This document shows, one piece after another, positions 11,295-22,486 of a stretch of DNA of 64,000 bases; the first letter of the stretch is position 1; every line of letters begins with the position of its first letter. The stretch is from Selaginella moellendorffii (lineage: Eukaryota; Plantae; Lycopodiophyta). The notes under the pieces are model-generated. The model worked only from the letters and a program-made list of their open reading frames with translations, did no database searches and was not told the DNA's origin. The stretch is from assembly GCF_000143415.4 (NCBI RefSeq), contig NW_003314297.1, forward strand, positions 682,001 through 746,000, given 5' to 3'. Made by a program: the position numbers and the translations under genes.

Positions 11295-11507
11295 GGATTT
11301 CCTGCGCGAAAACCCTGCGCGCCGTGCCCGGCGATGGATCCAGGAATGCCTAGAGGAGGAATCCTTACATGGCGCTCGCGGATCGCTGGCCCTCGCTTAG
11401 GGTTTTTGGCCCGGGGATTCGAACAAGCAAATGCACAAAATATCCTCTGTTTTTAGGGTTCTTCTCAAAATATCCTCTGTTTTAGGGCTCTTGTGAAATC
11501 CCCTGTT

Positions 11508-12437
11508 TCAAGAACTTTGATCTTCTTCGTCGTCGCCTTGATCTTCCTCGATTTCTTCTTCACCATCCTCGTCCTCCTCCTCCTCCTCCTCGCTTTCATC
11601 GCTTTCTTCTTCTTCTTCCTCCAGCTGCGATTTCACACCATAGCTTTGATTCAAGTAGTCGATCCCCGAGCTCGTGAAGAGGATCTTGTCCGCGCGAAGA
11701 ACATCGTAGAGATTCAGGCTCCGCGGCGTCAGCATCTTCACCGTCTTGATGTTCCTGCTCGATTTCTCCAGGAAATCGTTCACATTAGTCGCGAAGATGA
11801 GCGAGTGCTTGCTCACGTCCACGCCCCATCTCTCCATCGCCGCCAGGAAGAACTTCGTCTTGGGCTCCGTAAATTTCTCTTCGAAGTCCTCCACCGCGAT
11901 GGAATCCACCGCCGCGCTCTGGAGAGCCGTGCTGATCGCGAGCCTCTTCTCCTTCTTGTTGATCTTGATCCCCCAGTCCTTGGGCTTGGGCCCAAACACG
12001 ATCCCTCCGCCAGGCCGCAGTGGCGTTCGCTGCGATCCCCGGCGCGCTCTTCCCGTCCCCTTCTGCTTGTAGGGCTTCCTCCCTCCTCCGCGAACCTCCG
12101 CCCTCGTCTTGGTCGACGCTGTGCCGCGCCGGCGATTCTGGAGCTCCGTGATCACGCCCCTGTGGACCAATCCCCGGGCCGTGTGAGCGCTGGCGACCTT
12201 GAGATCCAGGAACACCGAGCCCGTGCACTCGCCATCGAAGGAGAAGAGGGGCAGCGTCGCTCCTCCCGACGAGGAAGCCGCCCTAATCGTCGCGTTCCGC
12301 CGGGATCGCTCCACATTCTGTGGCGCTGGCGCTGGAATGGCTGCTGGGCTCTGGAAGAACGAGGATCTCACGCTCAATCCCTCGTAGACGACGCACCTGG
12401 GATTCCATGCCGGGGAGAGCGTCGTCGCCATAGCCAT
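11508..12437 (-). CDS. RPL4: Plastid 50S ribosomal protein L4 with transit peptide and acidic tail
   Basis: RRGTASTKTRAEVRGGGRKPYKQKGTGRARRGS and GGGIVFGPKP signatures; Glu-rich C-terminus typical of plastid L4. Confidence 0.96.
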   Translation of the reverse strand: MAMATTLSPAWNPRCVVYEGLSVRSSFFQSPAAIPAPAPQNVERSRRNATIRAASSSGGATLPLFSFDGECTGSVFLDLKVASAHTARGLVHRGVITELQNRRRGTASTKTRAEVRGGGRKPYKQKGTGRARRGSQRTPLRPGGGIVFGPKPKDWGIKINKKEKRLAISTALQSAAVDSIAVEDFEEKFTEPKTKFFLAAMERWGVDVSKHSLIFATNVNDFLEKSSRNIKTVKMLTPRSLNLYDVLRADKILFTSSGIDYLNQSYGVKSQLEEEEEESDESEEEEEEDEDGEEEIEEDQGDDEEDQSS

Positions 12438-12525
12438 TAGGGTTCTTGGCAGGGGATAAGGCAATCTGGACCGTTGGAATTCAAACCAGAATGCCGCTCT
12501 TCACCGTCCGATCGCGGCGGGAAGA

Positions 12526-14373
12526 ATGGGAGAACGATCCCTTCTCGACGAAGAACGAGCTCTCCTCGCAGCTACTGTCAGATCCGCGGGGAATTCCAAA
12601 AGCTTGGCTCGAGGAAGAGAGATCCACTGCCAGATCCTCGCCTCCCCGCACGCCCACAGCAGATTTCTCAGCAATCTCCTCATCGAGATGTATGGGAAAT
12701 GCGGCAGCGTCGAGGACGCCGAGGCCGTCTACGAGCGAATTCGCGAGCCCAATCTCTTCACCAACAACATCCTGATCGCGTGCTACGCCAGGAACGGGCA
12801 ATTCCACCGCGCGGAGTCTCTCTTCGATCGGATGCCCCAGAAAGATTCCGTGTCGTGGACAGCGATGATCACGGCCTATTCCAACGCAGCAAAGATCGAC
12901 CTCGCGAAAAATCTCTTTGATCGCATCCCAGTCCCCAGCCCAGAGTCATGGAACGCCCTCGCCTCAGCATATACTCAAAATGGGCAATTTGATAGAGCGC
13001 TCGATCTTCTCAACAAAATGCCCAATAAAGATTTAGTGTCATGGAATTCTATCATAACAGGTCTAGCCCAAAGCGGGCAGATCGAACTCGCGAGAAAGGT
13101 GTTTGATCAAATGGAAAGAAAGAACATTGTCTCCTGGAACACCATAATCACGGCATATGCCCAAAGTCGGGATCATTCTCAAGCCAAGAGCCTCTTTGAT
13201 CGAATGCCAGAGAGGAATTCCACATCCTGGAACGTCCTCATCACGTCATACACAGAGAGGGGAGACCTCAATCGTGCTAAAACTCTTTTCGATTCAATGC
13301 CCAAGAGCGATGATCTCACTGCCTGGAACTCAATGCTCGCCGGCTATGCCGCACGGGGCAATCTCCAAGAATCCATCGCCCTATTCCAGCGGATGCCCGC
13401 GAAAGATACCACCTCGTGGACCAATCTTGTCCTTTCACACATCAGTAGGGGTGATCTCCGCGGCGCACAAACAACATACCAGCAAATGCCCCAAAAATCC
13501 ACACACTCATCCACCACAATCCTCACCGCTTTTGCCCAGCGCGGAGATCTCACCTCCGCCGAATACATCTTCACCCACATAACACCGCCGGACACGGCCG
13601 CCCGCAACGCGATGCTCGCGGCATATTCGCTCAACGGTCACCTGGAAGATGCCCGGCGAATATTCGACGCCATGCCCGACCGGGACGCTATCTCCTGGAC
13701 CTCGCTCATCTCCGCCTACGCGGCGCGCTCGGAGGCGCTGGTGCTCTTCGCGAGGATGGATCTGGAGGGCGCCGCGATCGATCGAGTCGCGCTCGTTGCC
13801 ATCGCCGACGCCTGCGCGGACCTCTCACGGGGGAGGATGATCCACTCGGAGATCCGTGCCATGGGCTTCCACCGCGACCGCCGGGTGGGCACCGCGCTGA
13901 TCACGATGTACTCTCGGTCCGGCAGCTTGGAGGAGGCGGCGTTGATCTTCGAGGATTTGCCCGAGAGAGACGCCCAGTGCTGGAACTCGATGATGGCGGC
14001 GTATGCCCAGCTCGGGCATATCATCCAGGCCGTCCGTCTCGCCCAACTCATGTGCCTCGACGGTGTGAGATGGGACGGAGTGACGCTGCTGTGCCTCCTC
14101 TCGAGCTGCAGCCATGGAGGAGCCTTCCAGATCGGGTACGAGCTCTTCCGCTCGGCAAGCACGGATTTTTCCGTCGCGAGGGGCGCGGATCACTACGGCT
14201 GCATGGTCGATCTCCTGGGACGAGCCGGATGGATGGAGCAAGCCCAGGAGCTGCTGGACTCGATGCCTTTCGTGCCAGATCTCGCGGCCTGGACGAGCTT
14301 CATAACTTCCGGAGTAACACATCACGGCACCAAAGTTTCCAGATCTGGCCAAGCCATTGTTTCGCAAAGCTGA
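12526..14373 (+). CDS. PLS-class pentatricopeptide repeat protein (S-motif rich), partial E domain, no DYW
   Basis: Repeated ~31-aa units (A..lFDrMP.kd.vSWn..i.aY); HYGCMVDLLGRAG and MPFVPD near the C-terminus; intronless. Confidence 0.93.
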   Translation: MGERSLLDEERALLAATVRSAGNSKSLARGREIHCQILASPHAHSRFLSNLLIEMYGKCGSVEDAEAVYERIREPNLFTNNILIACYARNGQFHRAESLFDRMPQKDSVSWTAMITAYSNAAKIDLAKNLFDRIPVPSPESWNALASAYTQNGQFDRALDLLNKMPNKDLVSWNSIITGLAQSGQIELARKVFDQMERKNIVSWNTIITAYAQSRDHSQAKSLFDRMPERNSTSWNVLITSYTERGDLNRAKTLFDSMPKSDDLTAWNSMLAGYAARGNLQESIALFQRMPAKDTTSWTNLVLSHISRGDLRGAQTTYQQMPQKSTHSSTTILTAFAQRGDLTSAEYIFTHITPPDTAARNAMLAAYSLNGHLEDARRIFDAMPDRDAISWTSLISAYAARSEALVLFARMDLEGAAIDRVALVAIADACADLSRGRMIHSEIRAMGFHRDRRVGTALITMYSRSGSLEEAALIFEDLPERDAQCWNSMMAAYAQLGHIIQAVRLAQLMCLDGVRWDGVTLLCLLSSCSHGGAFQIGYELFRSASTDFSVARGADHYGCMVDLLGRAGWMEQAQELLDSMPFVPDLAAWTSFITSGVTHHGTKVSRSGQAIVSQS

Positions 14374-14505
14374 TCATCGCTCATCCTGCAAGAGCACACA
14401 ATCATTAGTAAAGAGAGAGAAAGAATGCTAAACTTCCAGAAACCACGCGTACCTGGAAAGTCTGCCATTTCATGATCACCACCATGCCTTTTATGTCGAA
14501 GGCTC

Positions 14506-17500
14506 TCATAACTGGTGTCCTGCCCCTGTCGCGCTGACGCTGCCGCTGCTGCTATCCGACGGCTCCAGGATTTCCATCAAGTCGGCACAGTCGATCGACA
14601 CTATCCAGTTCTCCTGCTTCACTTGCTTGAGCTTGTCCACAACCTCGCGCATGCTCGGCCTGTCCCCGAGCGACGAGCTCGTACACATGAGTGCCGCCTT
14701 GAGCACCAGCAGCATCTCCAGCCTCTCCGTCCGGGACACCTTTTGGAGCAGCGGGTCGATGAGATCGTCCACGCTCGCCTTCTGGCTGATCCTCAGCCGC
14801 ACCCAGCTTACAATGTCCACGCCGTCTGGAAAAGTTGGATCCACAGGGAGCTTGCCAGTCACCAGCTCCATGAGAACCACTCCAAAGCTGTAGATGTCCG
14901 TCTTCTCCGACGCACGCATTGTGTACGCGTACTCTGCAAGGAAACAGAAAGCCATGAGAACACCGCTGGATAGATAGAGAACTTGCAAATCTAAACAGCA
15001 AGGAGAAAAAACGGAAGAACAGGCAACAGGCATAATAGCACTTCGACACAATGAAGAAACATTACGGAAGTACGTACCTGGAGCGATGTAACCATAGGAT
15101 CCCGCGAAAACGGACAGTGTGTGAGAGCTGCTGCTGCTGTCAATGATCTTGGCCAGGCCAAAGTCGCCTAGGTGCGGCTCATCCCGGGAGTCCAGCAAGA
15201 CGTTGTTGGACTTGATATCACGATGAACGATCCGCGGAGCACAGTCGTGATGCAAGTAAGCGATCCCTTCGGCAATACCAACGGCAATCCGGTGTCTCGA
15301 CTCCCAATCTAAAACACCCGCATTGTTCTTCTCGGTACAGGCCGACCCGTGTAACCGATCAAACAAGCTTCCGTTGGGCATGTAGTCGTAGACGAGCAAG
15401 TTGACGCCTTTGTGCGAACAGAAGCCGACGAGGCGGACGAGGTGCCTGTGCCGGATCTTGCCCAGAGTCGAGACCTCGCGGAGAAAGCTCTTGTCCTGCG
15501 TCGGATCTCCATCTCCGGCGACGTCAACTTTCTTCACGGCCAGAACTTCGCCCGATGGTAGAATCGCCTTATACACTGTTCCGAATCCACCACTTCCGAT
15601 GATGTTGAGATCGCTGAGCGAGTCCGTGGCTTGCATCAGATCGCTGAAAGTGAGCTGCCTGCTGAGCATCGGGAACAACCTGTGATCCTTGTAGAACTTT
15701 GTGGAAGCAGCGAGACGAATCCTGCCACGGTCTCGCTTGTAGAAGACGAGAATATAGATGGCGGATCCCAGAGTGACGAGAGCGACGAGCGAGCACACCA
15801 GCGACGCGATTAGAACGATCCGGTGTTTTTTTCGATGAGGTGGCCTGCTTCCGCTGGAAGTCGTAGAGCCCGGATCGCTGGACGAACCTTTGCATGCTGG
15901 GAGGAGAATGACTTTGCTCTTGCTGGAAGTGGACGAGGATGACAAACTCTCGCTGCAAAGATCCCTGTTGTTGGAGAAGGAACTCTGCGTCATTCGATCG
16001 AAGACCGGGCCGCTAGGAACAGGCCCCGAGAGGTTGTTGGACGAGAGGTTGAGCGACAAGAGGCTGATCATGTTGTTCGCCAGGGACTCCGGGATCGTTC
16101 CAGAGATCGCGTTGCTGGACAGATTCAAGACCTCCAGCTTGGAGAGCATGCCGAGCTCCGGAGGGATGCTGCCGTTGAGCCGATTGAAGCTAAGATCCAG
16201 CGACGTTTGCAAGTTCTGGAGCTTTCCCAGCTCTCGCGGGATCCCGCCCTGGAGACTGTTGCGGGAGAGGTTTACCTCGAGCAGCAATCCACAGTTTCCA
16301 ATGGACGCTGGAATCTGCCCCTCCAGATCGTTCCCTTGGAGCTCCAAGAACTGGAGCGACTGGAGAATCCCTAGCGCCGCCGGAATCCTCCCGCTCAGCC
16401 TGTTCTCCGCGAGCTTGAGCGTCGAGATTTTGGGGCAGCCGCTGATGATCGAGCCAGGGATTTCGCCGATGAGCTCGTTCTGGGACAGATCAAGCTCCCC
16501 CAGCTGCTTGAGGCCGCCGATCTCCTCTGGAATCCTACCTTGGAGCCGATTTCCATTCAGCTTGATGTGCGTGAGATTCTTGCAGCTCGCGAGAATCGAT
16601 GGAATGGCCCCGGCCAAGCGATTGAAGCTGAGATCCACGAAAGAGAGAGCCGTGATGTTCCCCAGCTCCGCCGGAATCAAACCCTCGATCTTGTTCCCGC
16701 CCAAACGAAGCCTCCACAGAGTTGAGGATATTCCCAGGCTAGGAGGGATATTCCCGCCAATGCCATTGTCCGTTAGATCAAGAACCTGGAGCGCGCCCGA
16801 CGATCCAAGAAGTGGAGGGATTTTCCCGCCGAGGAGATTATCGGAGAGATTGATCGTCGTGAGGTTGTGGCAGCAGCTGGCGATGGATTCCGGCACGGCA
16901 CCAGTGAGATTGTTCTGGTAGAGCAGCAGCATCTCCAGATCGGCCATGGCGCTCGTTAGGTCTTGGGGAATCGCCCCGGAGAGGCTGTTCTCCGCAAGAT
17001 CGAGCTTGCGCATCTTGGCGCACCTCGCCATAGGCGCCGGGATCGATCCAGACAGCCGATTCCTTCGCAGATGGAGAAACGTGAGCGCGCCAAGGCCGCC
17101 GATCGAGCTAGGGATGGCGCCGTCGAGGAGATTCTCGGAGAGATCCAGCAACGTCAGCTTGGAGCAGCTACCGATCGAGGCTGGAATATTGCCGCTGAGC
17201 TTATTGCGGTAGAGGTAGAGCTCATCGAGCTGCTCGAGCGAGCCGATCGAGGCCGGGATGGATCCGTTGAGCTGGTTCTCATACAGCGCCAGCACTGCCA
17301 GGTTCTTGCATGATCCGATCTCCTCCGGTATCGACCCCGTCAGTGAATTCGATTGGAGCACCAGGTCCGTGAGCATCGATAATCTCCCGATCGACGCCGG
17401 GATCGTCCCTGTGAGCCGATTGCTCGAGAGATCCAGCCGCTGCAAGCTCCTGCATTCCCCGATCTCTCCAGGAATCTCGCCGCTGAGCCGGTTGGATCCC

Positions 17501-18609
17501 AGGAAGAGCTGCTCCAGCCTCGCCAGGCCACCGATCGAGGACGGGATTTCTCCTGATAGTTGATTCATCGATAGCGCCAAGTTCTCCAGGCTAGCCAAGC
17601 TTCCAATCCAGTCCGGGATGGGCCCCGAGATGGAATTCTCGGATAGATCCAGCGTCTCCAGCGCCGCGAGCTTGGCCAGGGAGTCGGGCAGCTGGCCCGT
17701 GAGATCGTTGCCCTGAAGATTGAGGTAGACGAGCTGACGGCACTGCCCGACCTCCTCGGGGACGCTACCGGACAGCGAGTTATTAAATATGGAGAGCGTT
17801 TGAAGAGCCGCGAGGTCCGAGATGCCGCGCGGTATGGGGCCGGTGAGGCGATTTTCGGACAGCCCGAGGACGGTGAGCTGGCGGCACTGTGTGACCTCGG
17901 GCGGTATACCGCCGGAGAGGTTGTTGTAATGGAGCATCAGCGACTCGAGGGCGACGAGCTGGCCGATGCCGCGCGGTATGCCGCCGGAGAGCTCGCAGTT
18001 GGCGAGGCCCAGGATCTGGAGAGAGTGGAGGCCTGCGATCGAGTCTGGGATTGGGCCGGAGAAGAGATTGTCGCCTGCGCGGAGGACTTGGAGCGTGGAG
18101 AGGCGGCCGATCTCGCTGGGAATGGAGCCCGAGAGCAAATTGGAGTAGACGAGGAGCTCGGTCAGTAGCGTGGCGTTGGCGATGGAAGCTGGGAGTGGTC
18201 CTGTGAGGCTGTTCTCGTTGAGGCGCAGGCTGCGAAGGCTGGCGGGTAATTGCGAAGGCATCGGCCCCGAAAAGGAGTTATTGGAGAGATCGAGAAGCTC
18301 CAGCTTGTCGAGGTGGGCGATTGCCGACGAGGAGATCGAGCCGGTGAGAGACGTGGAGGTGAGATTGATGGCGGTGACTCGAGCGTGATCACTGCAGGAA
18401 ATCCCGGACCACGAACAGGGGTCGCTGCTGCTGGTGCTGCCATTTCGGTGACGATCCGGAGGAATCCAGTCGCCGGTGGCGTTCAAAGGGTCGGCTTGGA
18501 ACCCGGCCTTGAGCTCCAGCAGCCATTGCAAGTCCGGCGAGGAAGAAGCTCCAGTGGCAGCGATCGCGAAGAAGGTGGCCAGAGCAGCGAAGAAGACCAT
18601 CGAGCCCAT
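14506..18609 (-). CDS. LRR receptor-like kinase, subfamily XI, GSO1/SGN3-like; intron 15077-14934
   Basis: Signal peptide, about 30 plant-specific LRRs, TM segment IVLIASLVCSLVALVTLGSAIYILVFY, kinase GSGGFGTVY/HRDIKSNN/DFGLAK/GSYGYIAP-EYAY. Very long ectodomain and REVSTLGKIRHRHLV resemble GSO1/2. Confidence 0.9.
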   Translation of the reverse strand: MGSMVFFAALATFFAIAATGASSSPDLQWLLELKAGFQADPLNATGDWIPPDRHRNGSTSSSDPCSWSGISCSDHARVTAINLTSTSLTGSISSSAIAHLDKLELLDLSNNSFSGPMPSQLPASLRSLRLNENSLTGPLPASIANATLLTELLVYSNLLSGSIPSEIGRLSTLQVLRAGDNLFSGPIPDSIAGLHSLQILGLANCELSGGIPRGIGQLVALESLMLHYNNLSGGIPPEVTQCRQLTVLGLSENRLTGPIPRGISDLAALQTLSIFNNSLSGSVPEEVGQCRQLVYLNLQGNDLTGQLPDSLAKLAALETLDLSENSISGPIPDWIGSLASLENLALSMNQLSGEIPSSIGGLARLEQLFLGSNRLSGEIPGEIGECRSLQRLDLSSNRLTGTIPASIGRLSMLTDLVLQSNSLTGSIPEEIGSCKNLAVLALYENQLNGSIPASIGSLEQLDELYLYRNKLSGNIPASIGSCSKLTLLDLSENLLDGAIPSSIGGLGALTFLHLRRNRLSGSIPAPMARCAKMRKLDLAENSLSGAIPQDLTSAMADLEMLLLYQNNLTGAVPESIASCCHNLTTINLSDNLLGGKIPPLLGSSGALQVLDLTDNGIGGNIPPSLGISSTLWRLRLGGNKIEGLIPAELGNITALSFVDLSFNRLAGAIPSILASCKNLTHIKLNGNRLQGRIPEEIGGLKQLGELDLSQNELIGEIPGSIISGCPKISTLKLAENRLSGRIPAALGILQSLQFLELQGNDLEGQIPASIGNCGLLLEVNLSRNSLQGGIPRELGKLQNLQTSLDLSFNRLNGSIPPELGMLSKLEVLNLSSNAISGTIPESLANNMISLLSLNLSSNNLSGPVPSGPVFDRMTQSSFSNNRDLCSESLSSSSTSSKSKVILLPACKGSSSDPGSTTSSGSRPPHRKKHRIVLIASLVCSLVALVTLGSAIYILVFYKRDRGRIRLAASTKFYKDHRLFPMLSRQLTFSDLMQATDSLSDLNIIGSGGFGTVYKAILPSGEVLAVKKVDVAGDGDPTQDKSFLREVSTLGKIRHRHLVRLVGFCSHKGVNLLVYDYMPNGSLFDRLHGSACTEKNNAGVLDWESRHRIAVGIAEGIAYLHHDCAPRIVHRDIKSNNVLLDSRDEPHLGDFGLAKIIDSSSSSHTLSVFAGSYGYIAPGTYFRNVSSLCRSAIMPVACSSVFSPCCLDLQVLYLSSGVLMAFCFLAEYAYTMRASEKTDIYSFGVVLMELVTGKLPVDPTFPDGVDIVSWVRLRISQKASVDDLIDPLLQKVSRTERLEMLLVLKAALMCTSSSLGDRPSMREVVDKLKQVKQENWIVSIDCADLMEILEPSDSSSGSVSATGAGHQL

Positions 18610-19727
18610 CGGTGATCGCTCCCTCAAAACCGAGCTACATTGCGAACGCGATCTACACACGGACAGAGCTCAATCACTACTCTCGAATCTTCAGTGACAC
18701 CACTTACCAGGACGATTCTCCTTGGTGACCTTTCCAGAGTTCTTGGCGGAAGAGCGAGCGGAGATTTTTTTCCAGTGGAAGAATAATCTTGACGAAGATG
18801 ACCTTGGAGGAGGAATGAAGGCGCAGACTCAAAGAAAGCGGTGGGTGAAACGCATCAAAGTCCAATGCGATTTCAACGCGCCAGCATTGAATGAAAGGGT
18901 TTGGTGTCACCCCAGAGCAGCAAATGCCTGCGTCGGGCAACGCAAAACCATGGCAAGCAAAGGCTCTCTTTCTCGTCGCTCCTGTTTTTTTTCTCCTTAG
19001 TATTTATCGCGCCCTCCAGCCTGTCCGGGTTCGAATCCGTCCAAGCGCAGGGGATTTTGCTTTTCTGTTAAGCCGTTTCCAGTCAACTTTTTAGGTTTGA
19101 ACTTGTTTTTGTCCCTTTAGGGTTTTTGCGAATGATAAAGCTGTCTCTTCTCTGTGGCTAGCTTTTGAAGACTTCGTGTTTTAGGTGGGGACTTCCTTTT
19201 GACAGTGAAGAAAGACGAAGAAGATGGTGAATTCTTACAATGTCAATGCATTGCCAGAGCTAAGATTGAGATTGCTATAGAAGTAGCAACATAGCGGAGA
19301 ATGCGCTTATAATTCTTCTGAGACCTAGACATCCATGATCGAATTGGAATCGGGAATATTCTCTTGTTGCCATCAACTTTTGACCGACCAAGTTGGCCAA
19401 GAACCAGAATCCCCGCTGACCGGCTCGGGATTAGCAAATCTCGTTTTCTTTATTATTATCATAGATAGTTCTTTGCCTTCGATCTCACTCCACCGGGGAA
19501 AAAGAGCGGCAAAAAAAAAACCATAGGGAATCTAACGAAATGTCTAAACAAGAAACATGTATAATCATCACATGAATGTTGGTTCTATTCCATTCCTTAA
19601 AAGCCTATCAATCCAACACAAAACTCCATATCAAAAGCTTATTATACGTTTTGCGCAGCATCGCGATCCGCCAGCGCTCGAGGCGCGTGCCGCATTCACT
19701 CGAGAGCGGGGATATTCGCGGGAATCC

Positions 19728-20013
19728 TCACGTGCTCACTTGAATGTACACGCTAGACAAGACCCCTGGGGAATATTCGCCGCCGCCTGGCGGGGCATCG
19801 CTTTTGGCCAGGTGTCCGCCGTGCACGCGCAATCATAAATTGTGGCCGGAATATGACGGAATGTGTGCGACACGTCGCTCTTCCGGCAGGTGGGGTGCCA
19901 CGCCACGCCCACGTGTCACTGCCACGTCATGGTGCCTGGCCAGAAGTGGCATCGCATGGTTGCACCATCATGGGGCCCCATTCCATAAGAAGCCTCGTGC
20001 GCGCGCATGCATG
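19728..20013. promoter_or_regulatory. Cluster of ACGT-core G-box/ABRE motifs plus an RY element
   Basis: CACGTG near 19729, ACACGTCG near 19870, CCACGTGTC 19909-19917, GCCACGTCA 19921-19929, CATGCATG 20006-20013. Confidence 0.45.
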
Positions 20014-20226
20014 GGCATGGCATTTGGAGTGAGATTTTGTTTTACCACCTCACGAGGACGATTTCCAAGTTCTCTTTTTTTTTTTCCAGTTTCCGAAAAA
20101 ATTGTTGCCTCTGCCGGGGAAGCTCGATCTTTTCTTGCAGCCAGGGATCATCCAATTTCCAAGGTTTTCTTCCGTGAGATCAATCAACCTCGAATCCCCG
20201 CTTGCCAGGAGCTATAGGGCTACCTA

Positions 20227-20417
20227 GAGCTTTCTGATAACCACCGCGCATTGTGATGAGGAGATCTTTGCTTCAAAGAGAAGTGAAGCTAATCCTCAAG
20301 TTTGTGCTATTTACTTTGTAAGAGCTTTCTGCAAACCACCGCGCATTGTGATGAGTGAGATCTTTGCTTCAAAGAGAAGTGAAGCTAATCCTCAAGTTTG
20401 TGATATTTACTTTATAA
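20227..20417. repeat. Roughly 95-bp tandem duplication just downstream of the Mpv17/PMP22 stop codon
   Basis: gagctttctg..aaccaccgcgcattgtgatgag..gagatctttgcttcaaagagaagtgaagctaatcctcaagtttgtg occurs twice. Confidence 0.9.
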
Positions 20418-20440
20418 ATGGCCTACCAAAACTTTGGTTT

Positions 20441-21830
20441 TCAGCTCTTCTCAGCATCTTCAGAGCTCCGTGCTTCAGCCTTCTCATTCGAGTACCTGGT
20501 TATGAGAAAACAACGCGATTAGATGTGAGCAAAAACGAGCGAAAAGAGCTTCCCGCACTCACATAGATAGAATTGTCACCCAGACTAGCTCCACGCAATC
20601 CACCCAAAGCAGTCTCTGCTCCACTGGGATGAGACCATAAGTTACCAGGTGCGCAAATGGCCAAAGTTTCCAGCCGGCCTGTGTAAGGTGACGATTCATG
20701 AGAACTAGATTCTTTTGTGGATTGAGGAAGAGGAACTATACCGTGAGGAGTGGAAAGAACGTCGATCTAAGCTCAGACACAATTGTCACTGGGTTCTCTA
20801 AACGCAAGAGGCCGAGTGTGATGAAATACACGCTGTTCCAAAACGCTGACCAAATTGTTTGATCAAACCCGACCTTGAGGGGTACAACCCACCACTCCTT
20901 GAACGGAAAGAGAGCCTGCAATTTGCAATCTACGTAAGCTTTTGACTGAAACTCGATCAACACGGAAGAAGACGGACCTCACAAACATGGTAATAGTAAT
21001 GCGAAAGTGATCCATGCAAGCAAAATCCCACAAGTCCGGATCTTAACATTCGCGTTCGACTGAAATCTAGCACAGGTTTTCCTTCGTAGCACTGAAAGGT
21101 ACAGAGATGTTTAGCACAAGGAAAATGAAAAAGCATCAAAGTTTTGAAGTACCTGAGCCATCCAGTCACCGATCGAGTAAACGATGCCACTGATCATCAT
21201 CTTCGCAAGAACGGGGTGGCTCCTGAGAGCCTCCTCGTACGCACTCCAGTTATGAACTGGCGCGTACTTGATGATCTCATAGAAAGTCCATCCCTGGAGG
21301 AAAAGAAACGTTTGAGATACGAGTTGACAAAGCTAACACAAAAAACTTACTTGCCAGTAGTCCTGATCCACCGTCACGATTTTTCCAAGAGCATAAGCCG
21401 CGGCTGCTGCTATCAAGCTCGCATTTAAAAATCTGTCCACTTGACGATCTTTGTCAGTCACAACGGAAGAAGGAGAAGCAACCAAAACTTGGACGTCCTG
21501 TTGAGACCCAGACGAAAATTCGAGCGAGTAGGAGCTTCCAGAATTCACTGGCTGGGGACGGGTTTCCGGAAGAACTTCCACTTCTTGTAGTGTAAGTGGA
21601 AGACTAGTTTCCGAAGGACTGGTTTCTACAGTCTCGGGTTCCACCATGGTTGCCCGTGTGGATACTTTTGTCTTTCCGTGACGTAGTGACGCCGATTTAC
21701 GAACCGCGGATGAGCAGTAGCTCGAGGATGTGAAATTCCCGGACAGCAGCCGCTCGATCGAGCCGGCATTCTTGATTTTGGCCTTTGGAATCACCCGCAA
21801 CGAAATCCCAGGAAGATTGAGAGATTCCAT
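20441..21830 (-). CDS. Mpv17/PMP22 family membrane protein with transit-peptide-like N-terminus; multi-exon
   Basis: RMLRSGLVGFCLHGSLSHYYY, KVGFDQTIWSAFWNSVYF, GWKLWPFAHLVTYG and last exon YSNEKAEAR...*; GT-AG introns. Confidence 0.9.
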
Positions 21831-22486
21831 GCCCTGGAGACAGCAAAATCTAGAGTCAAATCCGCCCTAAGAGGAAGAAGATCCCTCTCCATACCTGCTG
21901 TATCGCTCAGCGCAATCCACAGCGTGACAAATCGCGGCCGCCAGGAGCTCCAAGAAGAGACTGAGAGAAGGCGCGAGCGGCGTGAGAAAAGCATGAGAGG
22001 GCTGGGACAGTCTCAAACATATTTATGTGCTGGATAGAGTCACGTATCGACGGACAAGATCTCGCCACGGTATCATATTTTATGGAAAACCTTGTGAATG
22101 TGATTAAATTCCACAAGGCTTGGGATATAACATTGTATCCAATCTTCGATATTTGATTTTTCCATGGTCTATGTGTGAAGGCTGTAGTTCGCCACAAGGC
22201 ACCAATCACGCCTAGCCCCATATTCGTATGGCTGCCTCGTATTGTCAAACTTCTATTGAATGATACCTCTCTAGGACCACCAAAGATTCTGGCATATTGT
22301 CGTTTGGCTGCCACGTAGCTCAGAAACACGGCCTCGTACCTCTGGAAAACGGCCACGACAGCGCTTGTATGAATTCTCTGGATCATTCCTTGTATATATC
22401 TAGTAGCTTCTTCGATCTTTGCGAGAATTTTACGCTCTGGAAGGAAAATGGAGGACACGACACGAAATGCTTACTTCTCTGTCTAG

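Noticed and set aside
9903-12440. Long antisense ORFs (517 aa and 315 aa) opposite the F-box and RPL4 genes, and similar ones opposite the RLK and GH3
   Set aside because: Expected shadow ORFs of GC3-rich coding sequence; no recognisable motifs.
21907-22458. 183-aa ORF between TRS33 and Mpv17
   Set aside because: Non-ATG start, no recognisable domain; it lies in the probable TRS33 3' UTR (with a likely UTR intron) and the Mpv17 promoter.
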